Positions 30,603 through 42,500 of a DNA stretch of 64,000 nucleotides are shown here, piece after piece. Each line of letters starts with the position of its first letter. The first letter of the stretch is position 1. The DNA is from a phage. A program made the translations under genes and the position numbers. The notes beneath the pieces are model-generated. The model was not told the origin of the DNA. It worked only from the letters and a program-made list of their open reading frames with translations, and searched no databases. The stretch lies in the sequence record PZ171033.1; one strand, written 5' to 3'.

Positions 30603-31805
30603 TTACAGAGGAGCAACAGTCTTAATCAGAGCCAGACGTTCTGGGCGTTTAACCAGGATACCATAGTACCACTTGATAGAACTGAAGCCAGTTTCACCAT
30701 ACGGGTCATTACGGTCAGCAGTTTCTTTACCCGGCATCTTAGTCATGATGGTGAACTTAACAGACTTACCATCAGTCTGGAAGCCAATGGTAGAGAAGGA
30801 ATCATCACCAACTACCAGCATCGGGAATACGTCGTAGTGCTCCTGACCAGATACCATAGAAGTACGGTAACCCGGGTTAGAACTAACCTGTGCACCAGCA
30901 CCTGCCCAATGCAGCATCTCAGGAACCTGGATGATACGGAACTTATCAATACAACCGATTTCACCATTCATCAGTGTACCAGCATCAGCATAGTGCTGAA
31001 CTTCGATGAATGCTTTGTTACCGAACAGGTCTTTCATCGCTTTCAGTTCTGGAACCAGTTCAGAACCAACGTACATTACACGAGTACCACCAAGTACTTT
31101 GGTATCTGTCAGTTTAGAACCAGTGATGATAGTAGTCTGGGTCGGAGTACGGTTCTCAGTAAGAATCTGGTCAAGACGCATCAGGTTCTTATAAGAAACT
31201 ACAGACGGGGTAGAACCTTCACCGGTGATGGTAGCGTCAGAGACAGCAGCACCTGCATACAGTACAGTACCAGCAGCAGCCAGCAGGTCTTTCTGGAGAA
31301 CAGCTTCAGTCAACTGTACAGCACCGTTCATCAGTTCACGAGACAGGTGTTCTTTCAGTTGGTCATCAGAATCAAAGTCCAGGGACTCTTGAGTAAATTC
31401 GTAGAAGAAGCCGAACTTATGAATAGAACCTTCTCGAGCCAGACGAGTAAAGCCTACACGGTTAACACGACCACCATTCTCTGACAGCAGAGGCAGTTTA
31501 GAGGTGATATTACCAACGTCTTTAGAAGAACCATACAGGTTACCATTAACGATGGTAGCACCATTAGCATCAATACCCTGGTCGTTAATGTTCTTATCGT
31601 CGAGCAGAGGAACGTACTCATACACCTTAACAGTCTTACCGTAGTTCTTCGGCATGTTAACGGTGTTAGCCAGAGGCATGAAATACTGATCTTTACGGGA
31701 CTGAATAATAGCTTTCTTCAGCCAGTAATAGGTATTCATCTGGTCGGAACCAGCACCATCAATGCTAGATTTCTGACCGTCAATTGGAGCGTTATAGTTT
31801 AACAT
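30603..31805 (-). CDS. major capsid protein
   Basis: 400 aa (N4 gp56 is ~401 aa); sits between scaffold-like and head genes; strong hairpin immediately downstream. Confidence 0.7.
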   Translation of the reverse strand: MLNYNAPIDGQKSSIDGAGSDQMNTYYWLKKAIIQSRKDQYFMPLANTVNMPKNYGKTVKVYEYVPLLDDKNINDQGIDANGATIVNGNLYGSSKDVGNITSKLPLLSENGGRVNRVGFTRLAREGSIHKFGFFYEFTQESLDFDSDDQLKEHLSRELMNGAVQLTEAVLQKDLLAAAGTVLYAGAAVSDATITGEGSTPSVVSYKNLMRLDQILTENRTPTQTTIITGSKLTDTKVLGGTRVMYVGSELVPELKAMKDLFGNKAFIEVQHYADAGTLMNGEIGCIDKFRIIQVPEMLHWAGAGAQVSSNPGYRTSMVSGQEHYDVFPMLVVGDDSFSTIGFQTDGKSVKFTIMTKMPGKETADRNDPYGETGFSSIKWYYGILVKRPERLALIKTVAPL

Positions 31806-31821
31806 ATCATCTCATTCCTGT

Positions 31822-33042
31822 TTAAAGACTACCCGGTACTGGGAGTTTAGCGAAATCTTCATCACTCATAGCGAGTGGGTTTACAATAGGTGTTGCTTTA
31901 CGTGTAGCAGCCCGATTAAGGGAAGCTGCTTTAGCTTGCTCATTGTTAGCCAGAGTCTGCTTAGGTTGTGCCACACGCACTACCGGCTGAACTGCTGGTT
32001 TAACTGCTTGTACCGGTTCAGGCTTAGCCACTTGGTTAAATGCTCCTTGTTGTGCAAGGAGGTTACCAACATAGTTATAAGCCTGAATGAACGGAGTACC
32101 TACCGGAATCTGACCTAACACCTGAAGACGGTTCACTTCATTAGCAATGGTGTCATAAATACCATTCTCACGCTGTTCGTGAATGGTGTGGAGTAAGCCA
32201 CGATTCTGATAAAGAGCATCTTTACTGGCAGCATCCCATGTCGAGCTAATAACACCTAATGTAGCTTGTCCTTCTTGAGTAGACTTTAAGTCGTCAATTT
32301 CGGTTGCAAAATCTGCTTCGGTGTCTGTAACACGGTGTTTGCCACCCTGGTAGTTAATTTCCTCTTCCGGATTAAAGTCCAGAGGATCTGTACCAGAGTC
32401 TTTCAACAACTTTTTAATGGCTTCAGGATTCTTCTTATCCAGGTCAATCAGGAAAGAAAGTTTTTCCTCATCCATTAAACCGTTGTTCTGTAACATCAGC
32501 ATTACCTTACGATACGGCTGAAGTTCTTGCATCTTACGAGTATAGTTAGCACCCATCTGCATCAGGCTAATGGCCTCCTCCGGAGAACGGGGAGTAATCA
32601 TTTTGCCGTTAGCTTTAAAAGGAGCCATCAACTTCTCATAACCTTCCTTATAGTTGAAGTCAGCAGGCAGACCTTCAGACTGTTTGCCTTCTTCTTTCTG
32701 TTCCTGGCCTGGTTCAGCAGTAGAAGGTTCAGCTTCAGTAATCGGCTTACCGTTACTATCAACTTCTGTGTCAACAACTTTATCATCAACTTTATCAGAA
32801 GTTAAAGAATTTGCTGAATCATCTTCAACTGGTTCAGTCTCAGGGGAGGTTTCTTCGGTTGGTAGGTCTTCAACAGCAGGGGTGACAACTTCTTCATCAG
32901 GAGTCTGTACGCCGTTGGTTTCTGGGTTGTTCTGAGTGGAAGTATCTTCCTCAGCAATAATAGCTGGGGCTTCCATATTCAGAATCTCATCATCCGACAT
33001 TGCGAGAATGTCGGAAGCTGTGGTTGCAGCTTCCGTAGTCAT
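31822..33042 (-). CDS. putative scaffolding protein
   Basis: 406 aa, very acidic N-terminus, helical; position between portal and capsid genes. Confidence 0.4.
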   Translation of the reverse strand: MTTEAATTASDILAMSDDEILNMEAPAIIAEEDTSTQNNPETNGVQTPDEEVVTPAVEDLPTEETSPETEPVEDDSANSLTSDKVDDKVVDTEVDSNGKPITEAEPSTAEPGQEQKEEGKQSEGLPADFNYKEGYEKLMAPFKANGKMITPRSPEEAISLMQMGANYTRKMQELQPYRKVMLMLQNNGLMDEEKLSFLIDLDKKNPEAIKKLLKDSGTDPLDFNPEEEINYQGGKHRVTDTEADFATEIDDLKSTQEGQATLGVISSTWDAASKDALYQNRGLLHTIHEQRENGIYDTIANEVNRLQVLGQIPVGTPFIQAYNYVGNLLAQQGAFNQVAKPEPVQAVKPAVQPVVRVAQPKQTLANNEQAKAASLNRAATRKATPIVNPLAMSDEDFAKLPVPGSL

Positions 33043-33061
33043 AGGAAATATCTCCGGTTAA

Positions 33062-33406
33062 TTATTCGTCTTCAGGTTCAGCACGAACTGCGTCGAGTTC
33101 TTCTTCCACCTGTAGAATAACGTCAGCTTCGTTTTCGCCCATACGAATAGCGAGATCGAGCCAACGACGTAAGTGACCAGCAGCTTGAGCCATGTTCAAT
33201 GCATCTGCACGGTTATTGGCTTCAAGCAGTGGGTCACCAGACTCCTGCACGTAACGTGCACAATCTTCCGTACAGAACTGGCGAAGGATTACTTTACGGA
33301 ACAGTGGATTCTCCAGAAGTTTACGTACATCTTCTGCGTGTGCAACTGCACCTTTAGCAGCTTCCAGTCGATGTTCCAGTCCAGCGATTGTTGATTCTTT
33401 ACTCAT
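33062..33406 (-). CDS. hypothetical head-associated protein
   Basis: 114-aa ORF between portal and scaffold-like genes. Confidence 0.45.
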   Translation of the reverse strand: MSKESTIAGLEHRLEAAKGAVAHAEDVRKLLENPLFRKVILRQFCTEDCARYVQESGDPLLEANNRADALNMAQAAGHLRRWLDLAIRMGENEADVILQVEEELDAVRAEPEDE

Positions 33407-33419
33407 GTGAAGGTCTGCC

Positions 33420-35690
33420 TTACAGGTTCATGCCAAGAGCCGATGCTGGGTCTTGGCTAGGGTCATAGTATTGAGAACTGAGTGAATAAGCCGGGTCTTG
33501 CTGAGCAGCTAAATCACGTTCTGGTATAGAGTTCCCGTTAGTCAAAGTATTATATCCAACAGCTGCAGATATGTTGGGGGTAGTTTCCCCTTCTTTAATA
33601 GGTGTTGTCAATGCCTTAGTTATCTGAAGGTTCTGGTTTCCTTGAGATTGTGCTTTTTGTTTTTCCATATCACGAGCATGTTTAGTACCAGATTCCTGTT
33701 CCAGATAATCCAGGTCTTTAAGGTCACCAGCAGAAGCAGCCTCTTTAGCCTTAGCCATATTGAGTGTAATCTTGCTTTGTAACTCTTCATTCTCAAGCTG
33801 TGCTTTCTGAATCGCCAATTGTTTAAGCTGTTCTTCCATAGGGTCCGGTTGTGGTTGCCAAGTACGTAACTCATGAGCCAGGTCAGGCATACGTTTAAGT
33901 TCTGCAATTTTAGCTACGAGAGATAACGTAATAGTCTGGTCAACCGTATTACCAAGTGTTTGAACCATGAAGCTCAAGTCCTGAGACTTCTGGTTATCAA
34001 TTTCAGCAGTGTTAATATCAACCTCAATATCGAAGTTACCTTTAAGGTCTTCTCGGTTAATTTCTACATACTGCTCGTTAGTAATACGTACTACTTCCTT
34101 CTCAGATAAGAACACAGCATTCATTGCACAAATCTTAGTACCAATGTCTGCCATGCCTTTAGCTAATCGACGAAGGATTGCCATCTCACGTTTGGATGCT
34201 GCATCAAGTGCACCACGAATACCAGCAGCCACATCTCCATAAGCTGAACCAGTTACACCACCTGAGAATGCTTTAACACCAGTTAGTGATTCTGCTTCCT
34301 GGTTTTGCATCTGGGTCATTACTATTGCCGACTGAGGTAATTCAGGGAACTTATGTTCCATAATGGCCTGACTAGGATTGCCCTGCATTGGGTTGTATTC
34401 ATAGTCCTGCCCATCATCGTATCGACGACGGTTCAGTGTATCCAGCATTCCTTTAGGATAACCACGTTGACCATTTGCACTTCGACCCAACAGGTCAATC
34501 ATCCCACGCATAGTTGCACCAAGAATTGCTTGGTTATCCCCTAACAGTTCAGCATCAGCTTCACCAAAGAGTTCACGTTTACGTGGCATGTAAGGAACAA
34601 CTACCAAAGGCAACTTACCATCCGGGAATGGGTTCTTCTCCATACGAATAAGGGTAGAACCAATCCAGGTAGCAACAATTGGTTCCAGAGAACCATCATC
34701 ATTGATGTCGTAAAATCCCCAGTATTCATAGGCAACAACTTTCTTACGAAGTGCATCCTTAAACTGGAAGTCACTTGGAGTTTTACTTTCATGGTCTGGG
34801 TCAGTCATAGGACTGGAACTTTCCCAGTCAATCTTATCTAAATTGTGATAACGGTCCTTGTTCTTCATGAGGTCTGCTTTACATGTCTCAAAGGAGATAA
34901 CTGCATACAGAGCCTTATCCAAATCACCATTACAACTTGGGTCAATGACTACGTTATTAGGGTTAAGCATTTCAACAGTAGGTCTGTTAACCAGTGCTTT
35001 CTCTACTTCTACTTCTGTAACTCCAGTCTGGATTGCATAGGTAGCTTCTCCAGTTTCATTGAAGTAGTTAACAGCTTCCTTAATATCTTCCGGCATTGTT
35101 TCATCGTACTCACGAGGATTCTCTGCCTGAAGCTGTAAAGCTTGTTGGAGAACATCTGCCTGTTCCTGGTTCTCAATTGGATACAACTGGAAGACTGGTG
35201 TTTCTGTTTTAATCTTAACAGTCTTACGTTCCCAACCAATACGAGCGATACCAGTACCGTCATCTACGACACTGTGTACGTAATCATCTATCAGTTTCAC
35301 TTTATTAAGCTGGGTACGGAATTGGTAGTTAAGAACTAATTCATTCTGACGTGCAGCTAACTCATCTTCATAAGTAACAGGAGTTACTTTAAAGAGCTTA
35401 TTAGACGATAGGAATGGTTCAGACAATGGAGCATATCGCCACTCTGCCTGACGGCGAACCAGTCTGGGTTGGACTTGTGAACGTCCCTTAACCTTTGGGG
35501 GTTTAGCCTTACCTTTGACTTCCATCAGGTCATTCCACTCACGAATCTGAGCCATGATTGCATCATGAGCAGGTTTAGCTGATTCCAAATCACCTTTCAG
35601 TAATTGGATACTTGGTTCCTTCTTCCAGTCCGTTAATTTCTCTGATTGAGCCGGGTCTGGTAAAGGCTTAAAAGTGTCTTGGTGTTCCAT
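33420..35690 (-). CDS. portal protein
   Basis: 756 aa (N4 gp59 portal is of similar size); position between lysis cassette and capsid genes. Confidence 0.65.
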   Translation of the reverse strand: MEHQDTFKPLPDPAQSEKLTDWKKEPSIQLLKGDLESAKPAHDAIMAQIREWNDLMEVKGKAKPPKVKGRSQVQPRLVRRQAEWRYAPLSEPFLSSNKLFKVTPVTYEDELAARQNELVLNYQFRTQLNKVKLIDDYVHSVVDDGTGIARIGWERKTVKIKTETPVFQLYPIENQEQADVLQQALQLQAENPREYDETMPEDIKEAVNYFNETGEATYAIQTGVTEVEVEKALVNRPTVEMLNPNNVVIDPSCNGDLDKALYAVISFETCKADLMKNKDRYHNLDKIDWESSSPMTDPDHESKTPSDFQFKDALRKKVVAYEYWGFYDINDDGSLEPIVATWIGSTLIRMEKNPFPDGKLPLVVVPYMPRKRELFGEADAELLGDNQAILGATMRGMIDLLGRSANGQRGYPKGMLDTLNRRRYDDGQDYEYNPMQGNPSQAIMEHKFPELPQSAIVMTQMQNQEAESLTGVKAFSGGVTGSAYGDVAAGIRGALDAASKREMAILRRLAKGMADIGTKICAMNAVFLSEKEVVRITNEQYVEINREDLKGNFDIEVDINTAEIDNQKSQDLSFMVQTLGNTVDQTITLSLVAKIAELKRMPDLAHELRTWQPQPDPMEEQLKQLAIQKAQLENEELQSKITLNMAKAKEAASAGDLKDLDYLEQESGTKHARDMEKQKAQSQGNQNLQITKALTTPIKEGETTPNISAAVGYNTLTNGNSIPERDLAAQQDPAYSLSSQYYDPSQDPASALGMNL

Positions 35691-35692
35691 AG

Positions 35693-36199
35693 TTATTCCT
35701 GTTCAAAAAGTTTACGGTCAGCCTGAATCTGTTTACCCAACTCAATTAGTTGGCTGTCACGGAGTCTAACAGTTGCCCGGAGTTCTTCAACCAAACGTCT
35801 GCCTTCTTCAAGACTGTTGTCGAGTCTGGCTGCATGGCTTGCAAGACTTCTGCACTCAAAGGTTCCGGCTTCGGCTTGACGTTTATATACCGATGCTCGT
35901 CTTTCAGACTGTTGCATCCGGCTGTCGTAATCACTGCTAACGCGAGCAAGCTCGCTTGCGTAATTACTCTCAGCCGTCTGCAACCGGGAAGTGAGTAACC
36001 CGACTTCATAACTATGGTTTCTTTGGAGAGCATTGTATTTGTCCTGTAATTTTTGTGTTGCCTTTTGGTCTTCAATCTTTTGGTCATCCCATTTCTTTTG
36101 AACAGTAGACTGTCCATTGGAGTTACCCCAAAAGTAAATGGTGGCCCCGAGGACCACCACCAGAAGATAAGGCCAACCTTTAGAGATTAGCATCTTCAT
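35693..36199 (-). CDS. i-spanin (Rz-like)
   Basis: N-terminal TM helix [21 protein letters not shown] then coiled-coil region; directly downstream of endolysin. Confidence 0.55.
   Translation of the reverse strand: MKMLISKGWPYLLVVVLGATIYFWGNSNGQSTVQKKWDDQKIEDQKATQKLQDKYNALQRNHSYEVGLLTSRLQTAESNYASELARVSSDYDSRMQQSERRASVYKRQAEAGTFECRSLASHAARLDNSLEEGRRLVEELRATVRLRDSQLIELGKQIQADRKLFEQE
35746..36033 (-). CDS. o-spanin (Rz1-like lipoprotein) embedded in the i-spanin gene in another frame
   Basis: Signal peptide with lipobox [11 protein letters not shown]; Pro-rich short mature part; fully nested in 35693-36199. Confidence 0.5.
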   Translation of the reverse strand: MLSKETIVMKSGYSLPGCRRLRVITQASLLALAVITTAGCNSLKDEHRYINVKPKPEPLSAEVLQAMQPDSTTVLKKADVWLKNSGQLLDSVTAN

Positions 36200-36815
36200 T
36201 ACATGCCTCCAGTGGCACATTGCCTATTCGGTTAGCTACCCAACCATACGTAAAGTCTGGCATGTTTAATGAGGTGTAGTGGTTCAGTTGTTTGGCATCA
36301 AGTAGCTTAATCATTACCTGACATGCTGCAACTTTGCCTCGTTTTTTCTGTAATGCTTTATATGCATTAACAGTACTTACACCGACTTTACCATCAACCT
36401 GTATTTTAGGGTAGTCTTTGCCATTGCGGGACATTTCATTAAGAGACATCTGCAACCACTTAGCCGGGCGAGTTACACCAGTGTTAACACCAGCGTCAAC
36501 CAGCTTATGTGTTACAGCAGGAGATATATCAGCGAAGGCTACGAAGTTAGGCTTAAGAACGTAGTCATCAATGTATATCTCAGCAGCCATCTCTTTGGAT
36601 AAACCTTTCATAGAACCATCCCAACCATACTCAGTAGCCAAAACTTCTTTATGAGATTTAGCTACCGATTGGGTAATACCATGATTGGTTTCGCCACCTG
36701 GGTCACGGGGATTGTTTACATAACCCCCTTCCATATAGAACACTGCCCCCAGGATAGCAGCGATAACCCCTCCCACTGCACCACCTTTCGCAGCAAGTTT
36801 CTGTTTAGCTTTCAT
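36180..36815 (-). CDS. endolysin, N-acetylmuramidase (GH108 family, N4 gp61-like) with peptidoglycan-binding C-terminus
   Basis: GH108 signature MEGGYVNNPRDPGGETNHGITQ; 211 aa. Confidence 0.85.
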   Translation of the reverse strand: MKAKQKLAAKGGAVGGVIAAILGAVFYMEGGYVNNPRDPGGETNHGITQSVAKSHKEVLATEYGWDGSMKGLSKEMAAEIYIDDYVLKPNFVAFADISPAVTHKLVDAGVNTGVTRPAKWLQMSLNEMSRNGKDYPKIQVDGKVGVSTVNAYKALQKKRGKVAACQVMIKLLDAKQLNHYTSLNMPDFTYGWVANRIGNVPLEACNEDANL

Positions 36816-37065
36816 GTGAATCTTCCTTTGGTCGGAATCGTACCAATCTGCCTACGATGTTTAAGGCAAACAGTGCAATTGCAATATTGGAACCATGGGG
36901 AATATCTTCCAGGATGTGACGGGGTAATCCTGTCAGCATTGGTTGGATAATATCTATAGCAGAAAACAAAATTAAACCTAATGTACTAATCTGAACGGAT
37001 GCCCACTTCCAGCATCTTTTCCAGTTAGGTACTAACTCTACTTTTCTTTTTAGCCTGCGAACCAT
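36805..37065 (-). CDS. putative holin
   Basis: Small protein with two predicted TM helices (ISTLGLILFSAIDII and SNIAIALFALNIVG), immediately upstream of endolysin. Confidence 0.5.
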   Translation of the reverse strand: MVRRLKRKVELVPNWKRCWKWASVQISTLGLILFSAIDIIQPMLTGLPRHILEDIPHGSNIAIALFALNIVGRLVRFRPKEDSHES

Positions 37066-37379
37066 GCGAATATCTCCCGTCTTGCAGCAGCTAATACACC
37101 AATAATTGCACCTGTCCCAGCCCACACCCACTTACCGAAAATTCCAGCACCAACAACTTTATGCTTAATGGTGATGAACTCTTCAATAGTAGGTTCATTC
37201 TTAGCTAAGCTATCCTCCACATTTTTTAGTCTATTACCTATGTCATTGATTGAATCCCGTAGTTCTGACAGAGTCTCCTCCAGTTTCTCACGGTCTTGTC
37301 TGTCTCTTGTCTGGTTCTCAAACAGAGTCTTCAATCGTTCCTCCAGTCTGACTAGGAGCAGTTCACCCGATTCATTCAT
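37050..37379 (-). CDS. coiled-coil protein with C-terminal TM helix (lysis-associated or virion protein)
   Basis: 109 aa; C-terminal VVGAGIFGKWVWAGTGAIIGVLAAA. Confidence 0.4.
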   Translation of the reverse strand: MNESGELLLVRLEERLKTLFENQTRDRQDREKLEETLSELRDSINDIGNRLKNVEDSLAKNEPTIEEFITIKHKVVGAGIFGKWVWAGTGAIIGVLAAARREIFAWFAG

Positions 37380-37596
37380 AATATTACCGTAGTTGTGTAG
37401 TTAGAATCCCCAATAGGGTCATATCATAAGATGACTCTTAGATAATACTTAGTAAGATGAGGTACATCCAGACATAGTGTCTGATATCAGCTCATGGTGG
37501 GTGGTATTCAGTTGGGTATGTTTAATATATCCGAGTAAGTAATTACCCTAACAGCAGTATCAATTAGGGTAATGCAAACAGTAAACTCTATATAAG

Positions 37597-37620
37597 AAAA
37601 GGCCCGTTCGGGCCTTTGTT
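37597..37620. terminator. bidirectional terminator in tail region
   Basis: GGCCC-GTTC-GGGCC flanked by A-run and T-run. Confidence 0.6.
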
Positions 37621-39531
37621 TTAGTTAGAAATCTGATACGGAATGGTAACCCGCACACCAAACGTTGCTGCCTGGCTCCATGTGTTCGTCAAATGGACTC
37701 GCAGTTTATTGCTAGATATTTGTTCTAATTGTATCTGGCATTGAGCTGTAGCAGCACTTCTTGTTGTAACAAAGGCCAGTGCTTCTGATATTTTTACAGG
37801 GTCAGTATACGTTATATCTTGGTAGGTATTCACACCAGCTACTACCGATGAAAACGTCAATGTATCGTTTTTAACGTTATTAAACGCCACAGACCGCTTA
37901 CCCGGAACCACCATAAACCCGGATGCCACGGTAGACGTTATTTCAGTGTTATTTGGAGTCAGAAAAGGGCAGCTCAATACACCGGAACTAGCAGTAGTAT
38001 TATAATGAGTATCTATGATCGAAATCGTAGTTATACGAAGAACAGATAATGGAACTTGATGTGATAACCAGTCAGACTCCATCAGCTTCGCTTTGAACTC
38101 AAGGTGATTAACAGCCCACGCATCAATGGCGATGACGACGTTTTCTAAACCTTTCAGGTATATAGTACATGACGAATCGAAAAGTAAAGACCAGGCTGTT
38201 CCGGATACGATACGAGCGTAAGCGTACTTATTGTAATACGGATCACTTGGGGTTGCAGCATTTCCGCGTGGAGTTAAACCGTCGTATATTGACTGCGTAT
38301 CAAAGTTCTCAAAGTAACACCCGTGGAACCCAAAGTTCTGATACCGCATATATGCAGCAGTATCTGAACCTACAATATAGTTCGTGAAGTTCTCGAAAGC
38401 GCAACCAAAGAAATTAATTGGCCCATTACCAGCAGAGCCAGTCATCGGGAAAAATCTATTAAACGCTGCGGCACGACAACCAAAGAAGGAGGCGTTATAA
38501 GCTTGGTCAATTCCAACACAATCTTTACATGCCAGCCATTCCGTCTGATGGAATTTACTATAAAAACCTCCTGCGACAGAAAATGGTAGGGCCAACCCCA
38601 TAAATGTTACAAACGACGTCTGGATTGAACCGCCTGCACTGTATAACCCTTTTTGGGTTCCTATAACCCCCATAGAATAGGCTGGGATGCCTTTTACCAG
38701 TACATCCTTAAGGACAATATCCGCCTGTGTGCAAGAGATAGCATAATCATCGGCAACGTTACAGTATAATTGACTATGCGTGCTGGTGGGCACTTTGTTT
38801 GTCATGATTCCGGAATAACCACGTATCTCTAACCGACGCCCTGTGAATGTGACTTGATTGTCAAGGCGCACAATACTTCCTGGTGGTATGGTTATGATAA
38901 CGTGGGTAGCATCCGAGTTTAGTATTTGCTGGATGGCGGCGGAATCGTCTGCCACCCCGTCGCAAACTGCCCCGTACATTTGCGGGGTAACGGTAAAAAT
39001 TCCATCCTGAACCGTTCCGCCCTGCGAAATACTAACCATAGACGCACCGGTGGAGGAAGCCAATTCATCTCTCAAATTGGGGTCGGTCTGTGGCTTCCAG
39101 TCCACATTACCAACAGGGTTGATTCCTGTGGTAATTGTTACAGGTAAAGAACCTAAGTAGGTGTAACCTATGCCATTATGGAACAATAACTCATTTCGTG
39201 TATTCACTACCAAACCAGTAGCAAACGAGTCGGATAGGCTCACGAACTCTCTACGTGTAGCAGCCAGTTCACCCAAATCAATTGTGCCTGCTGAATGATC
39301 CAGGACTGCATGTTCATTGAGGCTTACAGCAGTAGTTCCTGCCGGAAGTACAGGTAATGAGTAAGCACGCTGGGTAGATTTATCATAGATTACTTTGTAA
39401 CCACCTAAGTCTACACCTACAGAAAAGTAGACCACCTCATTCTGCTTAACACCAAACTTACGGGCAATTGCTTGCTTGTTGGTAAGAATACCAGTAGAGC
39501 CTTTACCACCTTGTGAGAATAACTCGTTCAT
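37621..39531 (-). CDS. tail protein (beta-helix / tail-fibre-like)
   Basis: 636 aa, Gly/Ser/Thr-rich beta-type composition; in tail gene position. Confidence 0.5.
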   Translation of the reverse strand: MNELFSQGGKGSTGILTNKQAIARKFGVKQNEVVYFSVGVDLGGYKVIYDKSTQRAYSLPVLPAGTTAVSLNEHAVLDHSAGTIDLGELAATRREFVSLSDSFATGLVVNTRNELLFHNGIGYTYLGSLPVTITTGINPVGNVDWKPQTDPNLRDELASSTGASMVSISQGGTVQDGIFTVTPQMYGAVCDGVADDSAAIQQILNSDATHVIITIPPGSIVRLDNQVTFTGRRLEIRGYSGIMTNKVPTSTHSQLYCNVADDYAISCTQADIVLKDVLVKGIPAYSMGVIGTQKGLYSAGGSIQTSFVTFMGLALPFSVAGGFYSKFHQTEWLACKDCVGIDQAYNASFFGCRAAAFNRFFPMTGSAGNGPINFFGCAFENFTNYIVGSDTAAYMRYQNFGFHGCYFENFDTQSIYDGLTPRGNAATPSDPYYNKYAYARIVSGTAWSLLFDSSCTIYLKGLENVVIAIDAWAVNHLEFKAKLMESDWLSHQVPLSVLRITTISIIDTHYNTTASSGVLSCPFLTPNNTEITSTVASGFMVVPGKRSVAFNNVKNDTLTFSSVVAGVNTYQDITYTDPVKISEALAFVTTRSAATAQCQIQLEQISSNKLRVHLTNTWSQAATFGVRVTIPYQISN

Positions 39532-39550
39532 AAATACCTCTTTGTTTTTC

Positions 39551-39576
39551 TAGTAAAAACCCCTCCGGAGAGGGGA
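39551..39576 (-). terminator. terminator after the 1046-aa tail gene (minus strand)
   Basis: CCCCTC-CGGA-GAGGGG preceded on plus strand by AAAAAC (T-run on minus). Confidence 0.6.
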
Positions 39577-39584
39577 ATATTTAA

Positions 39585-42500
39585 TTAGCTTGCAATATAC
39601 ACGCCTGCATTAGTATATCCACTCAGTACTCTTGTTTTGAAAGTTGTATCAACAGTACTCGATGCAGGAGTAGTTCCAAGAACACAGGATTGAATTCGAC
39701 CGACAACCTGAACACCGGAACCAAAGTCAGTACCCATAGTAGTATCAGGGGAAGCGATAGGTTTATCAGAATGCGAGTCCCAACGAAAAACACATCCAAC
39801 AAAGTCAAACAAACCAGATCGGTATGTAGCCCCTGATCCTCCCACACCAAATAACTCACAAGATGTGAATGTTATTTTATTGTACGAGGTGTTACCTGTA
39901 CGTGTAACAGCATTATCAAAAAAACCCTTGTTCATACGTTGGTTACTAACAGCAATAGTCATATCAGTCCAAGCAGAAGTACATGGAATTACATGAGCAC
40001 TGCGTTCAATATGAATTTCCTGTTTAGTACCATACGAAGTAAACTTGAATCCATCCACACGAGCAGCATTCAACGAATCCTGGTTAATACGTCCAAGACG
40101 TTCCAGCTCAATATTACTGACCTTCACAATATACCGGGAACCTGAACGGTTAATTGCGTTCATTTGAGCAGAAGTAATGCTGGTATAGTTGCGTTCGTTG
40201 TAGACAACACGATAATTAGTATTACCTAAATAGCGATTACTACCACCACCAAAAGTGACACCATCTACGGTATGGAACTGAGGAAGAACCTGATACTGCT
40301 CAAAATTACTTCCCCCAGACACACCAAGGTTAATGGTGCGAATGTCCATGTTGGGATTGGTATTCGCAATATCGTACTCTACATTGTTTATAAAGATGTC
40401 CGGGCAATATCCCAGCATTGCATGGTCTGCCTTAGGCTCCATGGCAGTAACAACACTGTGACCAGTACAACCAGAGTGTAGAGTTACCTTAAGGTTTTTA
40501 ACAATAACCTTACCATCCCAGGAGTTATTATAATCATACTTAGTAGACCAGAAATCTTCCGATGCCTTATCTAAACTAAGGTTATGATGACAATCCAGGG
40601 CAGTCCATGTTCCCCAGCCCATACCATTACAATGGTTGGTTATAGTGCATCCTTGGATAAATACATCAGATACACCGCAGTGACCACCAACACTACGCAG
40701 TTTACTATCGCGTACGGTAAGCCCACGATAATAATTACCATCTATACCGGACCAACCAGACAGTGAGTTTATGCGTTCAGCTGTTACACTAGAGGCTTGG
40801 GTAAGCATTACGGTATAGCCTCCCCCATACGTTTCAGGGAAGTTTGCATCCAAACTATAATCAGTAATATAAGACCGAGCACAACGGTTAAATTCAATAA
40901 AGCTCATAGCAAAGCCATTATTCTTAGAAGCAACATTATTACCAAGAATATTAACGTTATTGCGTTCGCAGAATATAACCCAACCAATACCAGCACCATC
41001 CAGGATAATGTTTGGAGCTTTAAATGTAAGTTCTTTAACAAATGGTTTGTAACTTACAGTTGGTGCAGAAGTAAAAGAATGGTAATGATTATAGCTTAAT
41101 GCCCCTTTCTGGTCAGTCTCGTTAACCTCAATTTTGTATTGAGGTGAACCTGCTGCTGACGCATTTGCCTTACGCTGCAACCAAACATCTGTGGATTCAA
41201 AAGAAAGCCACCCGGATAGCCCAGTTACATCTATAGATTTTTTACCACGAGAAAAAGTTTCAGATGCAAACTGTGCGGTTACATCCCGAGATTCCTGAGG
41301 AATACGGAAAAGAATACTGGTATTGTTCCAGTTCTCACTATTGCCATCATTGGTAGTACAGATAATGGTTGCTGCACTAAAGTCAGCAGGTACTTCTATA
41401 TCAATAGGGTCAGTAGGATGAGCATCCAGTACATAAGTACCAGAGGCGCTAACGGAAAGTCCTTTGGCCTTAGCCTCTGCAAGCATAGCCTTAAAAACTG
41501 CTGTGTGGTTGGTTTCTGTACCATTACTAAACATTTCAGGGGTAAGAATAACACCCTTATTATTTAATAATTCATCGACTGAACCAGGTAACGGAACCAG
41601 GTCTACGGTGATGCTACCCGGATTGTAAGTAAGTTTCCCATTGGATACCGAACCAATGTAAATGTTGGTTGGTAATGGTGGCAAACCATAAGCCTTCTGG
41701 GCAGCTACGTCATAAATAATCTTCTTGTCATTAAGGTACTGGGTAGTGTTAGTACTCAGAATGACGTCAGTATCTTTGACATTAGACGAGCGTGCCACTT
41801 CCTGAATGGTTCGGTCTGACATAATTAATGTCTCAGACTCGCCACCAATAGTAATAATAAGACGATCATTGGTTGCCAATGGCTCGGTCAACATAATACG
41901 TTGGTTATCAGCATCAACGGTATAAGAGTTTTCTGACAGACCAGCATAGTAACGAGCACCATTCTTATAAATAGCAGGTATAGACTGGAAGATATAAGGA
42001 ATCTGAATTACCTGTTCGCCCCCGGAAGCATAACCACCATTGTATAACCAGTTAATCTGAACCCAGTCATTAACATTAGGATTATCAGGTACAGCAGGAG
42101 TTCCAGTTAAAAGGATTATTACTTCATCACCTTCCTCAAGAGGTTGAGCCAGGGTTACTGACAGACTATCCACGTTAAACTCAAAACCACGCCCTACATA
42201 CTGCATATTGCCGTTAATGACGATAAAAGGTACACCTACTGTTCCATCCGGTACGTTAATGGAAGTTTCACCACCAGTAGCAGAACCGTTTGCGTATACC
42301 CAAGGAATATAAGCACCCCCACCAGAGGAAGTATCACCACTATTGGAACCAGATGTAGCAACAGTGATCCATGAACCAGTTGCAGTAGTATCGTTAGGTA
42401 TAATGCCGGTACGGTCATCTTCTACATAAAGATAGTCAGTTACCTGACGGTCACTCGCACGGGAGAACCCGTAGATACGAGCATACTTAGCATTAGTAGT

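Noticed and set aside
36651-36950. Plus-strand ORF (99 aa) inside the lysis cassette
   Set aside because: Antisense to the endolysin and holin genes, which have strong motif support.
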